A DNA stretch of 64,000 bases from Octopus bimaculoides (lineage: Eukaryota): contig NC_068998.1 of NCBI RefSeq assembly GCF_001194135.2, forward strand, positions 27,477,104-27,541,103, in the 5' to 3' direction. The notes under the pieces are model-generated. The model saw only the letters and a program-made list of their open reading frames with translations, searched no databases and was not told where the DNA came from. Of this stretch, positions 59,401 to 64,000 are shown piece after piece. The translations under genes and the position numbers were made by a program. Numbering within the stretch: position 1 is the stretch's first letter; each line of letters opens with the position of its first letter.

Positions 59401-62132
59401 NNNNNNNNNNNNNNNNNNNNNNNNNNNNNNNNNNNNNNNNNNNNNNNNNNNNNNNNNNNNNNNNNNNNNNNNNNNNNNNNNNNNNNNNNNNNNNNNNNNN
59501 NNNNNNNNNNNNNNNNNNNNNNNNNNNNNNNNNNNNNNNNNNNNNNNNNNNNNNNNNNNNNNNNNNNNNNNNNNNNNNNNNNNNNNNNNNNNNNNNNNNN
59601 NNNNNNNNNNNNNNNNNNNNNNNNNNNNNNNNNNNNNNNNNNNNNNNNNNNNNNNNNNNNNNNNNNNNNNNNNNNNNNNNNNNNNNNNNNNNNNNNNNNN
59701 NNNNNNNNNNNNNNNNNNNNNNNNNNNNNNNNNNNNNNNNNNNNNNNNNNNNNNNNNNNNNNNNNNNNNNNNNNNNNNNNNNNNNNNNNNNNNNNNNNNN
59801 NNNNNNNNNNNNNNNNNNNNNNNNNNNNNNNNNNNNNNNNNNNNNNNNNNNNNNNNNNNNNNNNNNNNNNNNNNNNNNNNNNNNNNNNNNNNNNNNNNNN
59901 NNNNNNNNNNNNNNNNNNNNNNNNNNNNNNNNNNNNNNNNNNNNNNNNNNNNNNNNNNNNNNNNNNNNNNNNNNNNNNNNNNNNNNNNNNNNNNNNNNNN
60001 NNNNNNNNNNNNNNNNNNNNNNNNNNNNNNNNNGGCAGGGGAAGGAGTTTCTGGACCAGACAGCTCACATAAGTTGGAATTTCTCCATTTTGATGGGGAT
60101 TTTTACCAATGTTTTTCACCAAAGTCTTCAGAATGATGAGAGGGCATCTTTTCACCTCACCCCAAAAAAAATTTGGAAAATATTTTTTGCATTCCCACAA
60201 CCCCCCTCACCACCCCAGTCAGAAACGATTTTGTCCATTTTTGTTTTTTCTCACTATGCACTTAAAACCCTTGAGAGAAACATTTTCAGTTTAAAAAAAA
60301 ATTGTTAATGATTTCAGAGGAAAATGAGTGATTTAAGGGAGATTTGGTTGTTGTTTCAAGCACATCCCAAAACCTGCCTCCTCGTTTCTTTCTCACTCAC
60401 ACATCTACTGATATTTTTCAATATTTTTCTCGGTGGGCTAGAAGAATTGTTAGCACGCCAGGCGAAATGCTTAGCAGTATTTCGTCTGCTTTACGTTCTG
60501 AGTTCAAATTCCACCGAGGTCAACTTTGCCTTTCATCCTTTCAGGGTTGATTAAATAAGTACCAGTTATGCACTGGGGTCGATGTAATCAACTTAATCCT
60601 TTTACTTGTCCTTGTTTATCCCCTCTATGTTTAGCCCCCTATGGGCAATAAAGAATATTTTTCTTCCCATAAACAAATTTTATGGAATGATAACGTCAAA
60701 GTTATACATGGGTAGTCCCAACTGAGTGAGGCCATGTTTTGTGTGAAAGAGAGAAAAACACTTAAAAACATCTTTAGTATTCATATTAATGTCAAATGTA
60801 ATGCGTATTTGTTCATGTTATTTTGAATTATTCAGGTTCAAGAGAGGTGTCCACAATATTTGCTTGTAACTTAGTAAATTTTCTACATTCAGATTTGAAA
60901 TTTTATCAGTAGGTGCTTTATATACCACTGGTTTATAGTTATGTAATTTTAGCTGATCTTGCTGAGTAAATTTGACTTTTATGGGCAGGTAAATTTAATT
61001 AACAGGCGTAAAAGCATTAACATTATGAATAAACACTAAAATTGATATTCTTAATGCATCTTACTTGTTTGATTTGTTACTAAAATTATCCCAGATGGCA
61101 ACCGACAAAAATTTTGTCACTTTTCAAGATGAGGTACATGAATTTGAATTAATTAAGATGCAGATATAATCGGTACAAGATTTTCTTTTTTTTTTTGGTA
61201 AATATTTCATACCTCGGTGTGGAATAACTTTTTCCACAGTTTTTTTTGGGGTGCATTCAACCTATCTGACCTCCAAACCTGCCACAAGCCACTTTTTTTC
61301 CGGAAAAGAAAGGTGGGATGGGTGGTGGAGACATCAAAGTTTCCCACCAATGGAGTTTTGCTTTGCGGGTCTTTTTTTCTTTTCCAGGTTATTTTGCATG
61401 CTTTCAACGAATGTGACATCGAAATCACATGTAAACAGCTCCTTTTTCCAGAAAAGGAAAGGTTTGCCTGCTATTTCTAGCATGCCCTACTACAATGCAA
61501 CAGCTATCTGCATTCATACCAAAATATTTACCAACTTTTTCCTTCCATTCATTTTTTCCACTGTATGGAAGTCAATATTTTCTCTGCTGACATCCACCTC
61601 AGCGAGGTCATGGATTAAGTGAAAACATATCAATCATTGTTCCCTTTTGACAGGACAAAGAAATTTCCCTCTGTCTTTGCAAGCAACAAGCAGGTGAATT
61701 TGGTTTCAAATCTAGGCAGGGCCAAACGAGGTCCTACAAGTTACTTATAATAAGTGGCGTTATTTTGGGGTTGAAAGAATGACGCATACAATATTAAATA
61801 TGCTAAGACAATCTGAAAACAATAAAAAACTTTTAAGTGTTTACCAGTTTTTATGAAATTTTTGGGCTAATGAACTCGAGTTAACAGAAGCTAAATGTAA
61901 CATAAGTTAATTAGTTCAATAATGATTTTCAAAGTTAACTTAAAAGTTAAATCATTAATGAAAATGTTAACTTCGTTAATTAACGGTTAACAGAATTATG
62001 CCCAGCTCTCTCTCTTTATATATACATATATATATGGAATGGTAGAAAGTAAGAAAAATATTGTTCACCATCATATACTGTAGCAAAGTCTTCAATTCCT
62101 CTTTTAACTACACGTGGTCTCATTTGTTCACC
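36985..62132 (-). CDS. SEC23IP/DDHD2: SEC23-interacting protein / DDHD2-family intracellular phospholipase A1 (lipase GxSxG, SAM, DDHD), spliced and 5'-partial
   Basis: Exons 62132-62069, 58896-58807, 58331-58190, 56191-56089, 55402-55297, 53646-53528, 51351-51226, 48169-48080, 45813-45716, 44554-44335, 43493-43482, 42729-42636, 39863-39663, 38919-38781 and 37780-36985 join in phase (2400 nt, 799 aa plus stop). Motifs [88 protein letters not shown] and [35 protein letters not shown] match recalled human SEC23IP/DDHD2. Confidence 0.96.
37010..37510 (-). repeat. Coding tandem repeat with 15/30-nt period ([10 protein letters not shown])
   Basis: Plus strand shows repeated gaaggaggtcccatagggggagggccagtt. 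Confidence 0.9.
38781..38919 (-). CDS. SEC23IP/DDHD2: DDHD-gene exon: [46 protein letters not shown]
   Basis: ttttcag acceptor, gtaagt donor; second D and the H of DDHD. Confidence 0.95.
39663..39863 (-). CDS. SEC23IP/DDHD2: DDHD-gene exon: [15 protein letters not shown]...ESCETA
   Basis: tttcag acceptor, gtaagt donor. Confidence 0.95.
42636..42729 (-). CDS. SEC23IP/DDHD2: DDHD-gene exon: [31 protein letters not shown]
   Basis: gttgtag acceptor, gtgagt donor. Confidence 0.95.
43482..43493 (-). CDS. SEC23IP/DDHD2: 12-nt microexon TTTGATTCTGTG (FDSV)
   Basis: Long pyrimidine tract ending ctccag, then 12 nt, then gtaagt. It supplies exactly the four residues missing between NIFHP and AYRIEP (family HPxDPVAYR). 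Confidence 0.85.
44335..44554 (-). CDS. SEC23IP/DDHD2: DDHD-gene exon: [10 protein letters not shown]...[16 protein letters not shown]...FNIFHP
   Basis: ctcttag acceptor, gtaagt donor; start of the DDHD domain. Confidence 0.95.
44684..45287. mobile_element. Foldback element with ~190-bp inverted arms enclosing a GIY-YIG-like C-terminal peptide (Penelope-like remnant)
   Basis: Arms ~44684-44870 and ~45088-45287; minus-strand spacer encodes [19 protein letters not shown]. Confidence 0.65.
45716..45813 (-). CDS. SEC23IP/DDHD2: DDHD-gene exon (charged coiled linker): [32 protein letters not shown]
   Basis: gtatag acceptor, gtgagt donor; in phase. Confidence 0.88.
48080..48169 (-). CDS. SEC23IP/DDHD2: DDHD-gene exon (SAM domain C-half): [30 protein letters not shown]
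   Basis: ttctag acceptor, gtcaga donor; SAM signature. Confidence 0.93.
48761..50144 (+). mobile_element. Full-length non-autonomous Helitron (spans a gap)
   Basis: Starts A|TCTATATATATAAAAATG; ends cccgggcaaagccggg hairpin ...CTAG|T; A-T target with no TSD; internal (GA)n/(TA)n tracts. Confidence 0.85.
51226..51351 (-). CDS. SEC23IP/DDHD2: DDHD-gene exon (SAM domain N-half): [10 protein letters not shown]...[11 protein letters not shown]
   Basis: ttttaag acceptor, gtgaga donor; 126 nt. Confidence 0.9.
53528..53646 (-). CDS. SEC23IP/DDHD2: DDHD-gene exon: [12 protein letters not shown]...PEVDK
   Basis: tttcag acceptor, gtaaac donor. Confidence 0.92.
53945..54480. mobile_element. Dispersed ~530-bp repeat (SINE/LINE-tail-like) between simple-repeat flanks
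   Basis: Composition shift bounded by (ATT)n/(GA)n and (ATC)n tracts; no coding capacity; classification uncertain. Confidence 0.45.
55297..55402 (-). CDS. SEC23IP/DDHD2: DDHD-gene exon with lipase motif: [17 protein letters not shown]...VSVSGHSL(G)
   Basis: tctacag acceptor, gttagt donor; GHSLG catalytic serine. Confidence 0.95.
55603..55826 (-). ncRNA. Candidate intronic structured RNA, copy 1 (possibly only a duplicated repeat)
   Basis: GC-rich ~145-nt core closed by tggcag..gga/tcc..ctgcca; near-identical second copy in another intron of the same gene. Confidence 0.35.
56089..56191 (-). CDS. SEC23IP/DDHD2: DDHD-gene exon: [34 protein letters not shown]
   Basis: tcttcag acceptor, gtaaat donor. 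Confidence 0.95.
56313..56398. repeat. Compound microsatellite (CG)10-(CACG/CA)n-(CT)n
   Basis: Read directly from the sequence. Confidence 0.95.
58190..58331 (-). CDS. SEC23IP/DDHD2: DDHD-gene exon: VDDFRSIS...[22 protein letters not shown]
   Basis: ccttcag acceptor, gtaagt donor. Confidence 0.95.
58553..58762 (-). ncRNA. Candidate intronic structured RNA, copy 2
   Basis: Differs from copy 1 in the core by about six transitions. Confidence 0.35.
58807..58896 (-). CDS. SEC23IP/DDHD2: DDHD-gene exon: [30 protein letters not shown]
   Basis: ctttag acceptor, gtaagt donor; family-conserved HLVFxVHGIG. Confidence 0.95.
60431..60653 (+). mobile_element. SINE family B with 11-bp TSD aatatttttct (other copies at 6185-6365 -, 13090-13290 -, 13795-14015 -, 18985-19195 +, 28050-28200 +, 54520-54720 + and 54760-54970 +)
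   Basis: Body gagttcaaattccaccgaggtcaactttgcctttcatcctttc; TSD copies at 60420-60430 and 60654-60664. Confidence 0.8.
62069..62132 (-). CDS. SEC23IP/DDHD2: DDHD-gene exon: [21 protein letters not shown]
   Basis: ccctttag acceptor, gtgaac donor; RPRVVKRG motif. Confidence 0.9.
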
Positions 62133-64000
62133 CTAAAGGGAGAAAAAAAAAAAGACAGCTTTGATAAAGTTATACAAGACAATTTCCTAAATTCTGTGAA
62201 AGTGTGTTTGTGTGTGTGAATGTTTTATGTATATAAAAATGTGAATGTAAATATATGTATGCATAAATGTGTGTGTGTGTAAATCATATATGTGCATCTG
62301 TATTCTTAAATAACTGCTTTGCTTTGTTCCTTTTCCTTTGACACAAGAGTACACTAAGCTGTTTATGTAAATAAGGTGAATTCTGATGGATTAAGCCTGT
62401 TGTTTACAGATCAATTACATTCAGCCAGTAACTTTGGGTATACCTATATTTCTAGACTAGCATTGAAGTATTTTGGTCTCTAGCCAAGGATCCCAGTAGC
62501 CACGAGTACAAATGGCAAGTCAAAACTTGATATAAATACAAACTCTTGGACAACTTATTGCTTGTCCATAGACATTCTCCACGTCATTTAGTTTATATCA
62601 GCTAGAGAACTAAACTTCATTGCAGGGAACATTTTTTCCCTCCTACACAGGAGTCTCTTAATTTGTTTTAGCATTGAGGCAGCTGTAACCTATTAATACT
62701 CTTCACATAAAAGCCTCCCTAACTATGTCTACCTTTGTATTGCGTACAGTGTTTATGCTTTGTTAATATATTAATTTGCTATTATTAATTTGGGTCACAT
62801 CTTCAACATCACCTTGGTAACAAATAGCTTCCAAATTTCTAAGTCAGGATTCAAAACTGAATCTACATTGCCTACAAATTCTCGCCAGTTACACTAGGAA
62901 ATTCATGAGAGTTAACTGTGATCTATAACCTTTACATGTCATACATGGGTCAAAGCTGATACAGAGGAAAAATCTTTCATTTAGCTTGTCCTAATTTGGT
63001 TAGAAAGGAAAAAAATAAGCAACCTCAAATCAGTTTCATCTCTTTAGTCACTCAGCCTCAGGTCAAAGAGCATCTCTGCTTCTCACTTCACATATGGCTC
63101 TCTTATTCTTACTCTCTTTAGCAGTCCTCCACAGATGAAGCTTACGTATGGAACGGGCTATATAATTAACACTAATTTGTGCACTGCAACAACTCAAAGT
63201 AGTTGTAACTTACTTTGCAATAATGATGACACAAAATAAAGGACCATCTCAACTAACAATTACTATTATTCTTCTCTCATTTATTCGGTGCATTACAACT
63301 GATCGTTATAATTCTACAAAGTTGTCATTGTTGTATTTTAAGCATCCCTGTTAAAAGAATGTGTGTGAATGTGTTTCTATGTGAATGTGTCCGTGTACTT
63401 TAAAAGTCTTAGATGTTTAAAGAAAATATACTTAAAAAACCCAGAGAAAATCAAAAGAATAGTAATCTAAATTATTTATTGTTGGAATAATGGCTGCCTT
63501 GGAAAGTTGGAATAAAGATAACTTTCACCAACCATTATCTGAATTATCTCTATTACAGTTATCAGAGACACAGATGATATATTACAGCAGTAAGTTCTCA
63601 GCAATTTAAGATAAAAATCTGCTCGTCACAGATCTCTTCACTAATATAGCTTTACGAAATATAGAGAAACCACAATTTTGTGTATTTTTCTCTTGTTTAA
63701 ATATCTTGGTCTCCCACCAATGCTACGTGTATGACAGTGGGTTTACTGCAGACAGTAGCAGAGAAGCGAAGAATATTTGTACATCTGTAAATTTAGATAA
63801 ATTTGTTTGCGGCAGGAAGGTAAAAATCCAGATATTTCAAGCAAAGCCCTTTGTCAGAATAAGAAATTGTTTAAAGCTTAGGTTAGCACTAAGAATATTT
63901 AAGGAAAGGAGGTCAGGAGGTCATTCCCACAGTGACAAAGTGAAGAGTTTGAGGAAGGATAGTGATGGATTAAAATAAATCTCAACGCCGACTAGAGAGG

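Noticed and set aside
62133-64000. Further upstream (WWE-region) exons of the DDHD gene
   Set aside because: No segment with both splice signals and family similarity was found; they probably lie beyond the window

Overview
AT-rich, intron-rich animal genomic DNA with five assembly gaps; the repeat families suggest a coleoid cephalopod (Octopus-like), which is an inference. Two convergent spliced genes were reconstructed by hand from GT-AG sites and phase continuity. (1) Plus strand: protrudin/ZFYVE27, 10 exons at 5218-26417, 5' end not located. (2) Minus strand: SEC23IP/DDHD2-family intracellular phospholipase A1 (GHSLG lipase motif, SAM and DDHD domains), 15 exons at 62132-36985, N-terminus probably beyond the window. 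The rest is transposon debris: tRNA-derived SINEs, RTE LINEs, two Helitrons, a deleted mariner and Penelope-type foldbacks. The strongest leads are a 12-nt microexon carrying the first Asp of the DDHD motif; a head-to-head palindrome of tRNA-headed, hammerhead-ribozyme-bearing units; a duplicated GC-rich intronic element resembling a structured RNA; a GPPPM-repeat C-terminal tail on the phospholipase; and a LIR-like motif, with a candidate 42-nt cassette exon beside it, where vertebrate protrudin has its FFAT motif.
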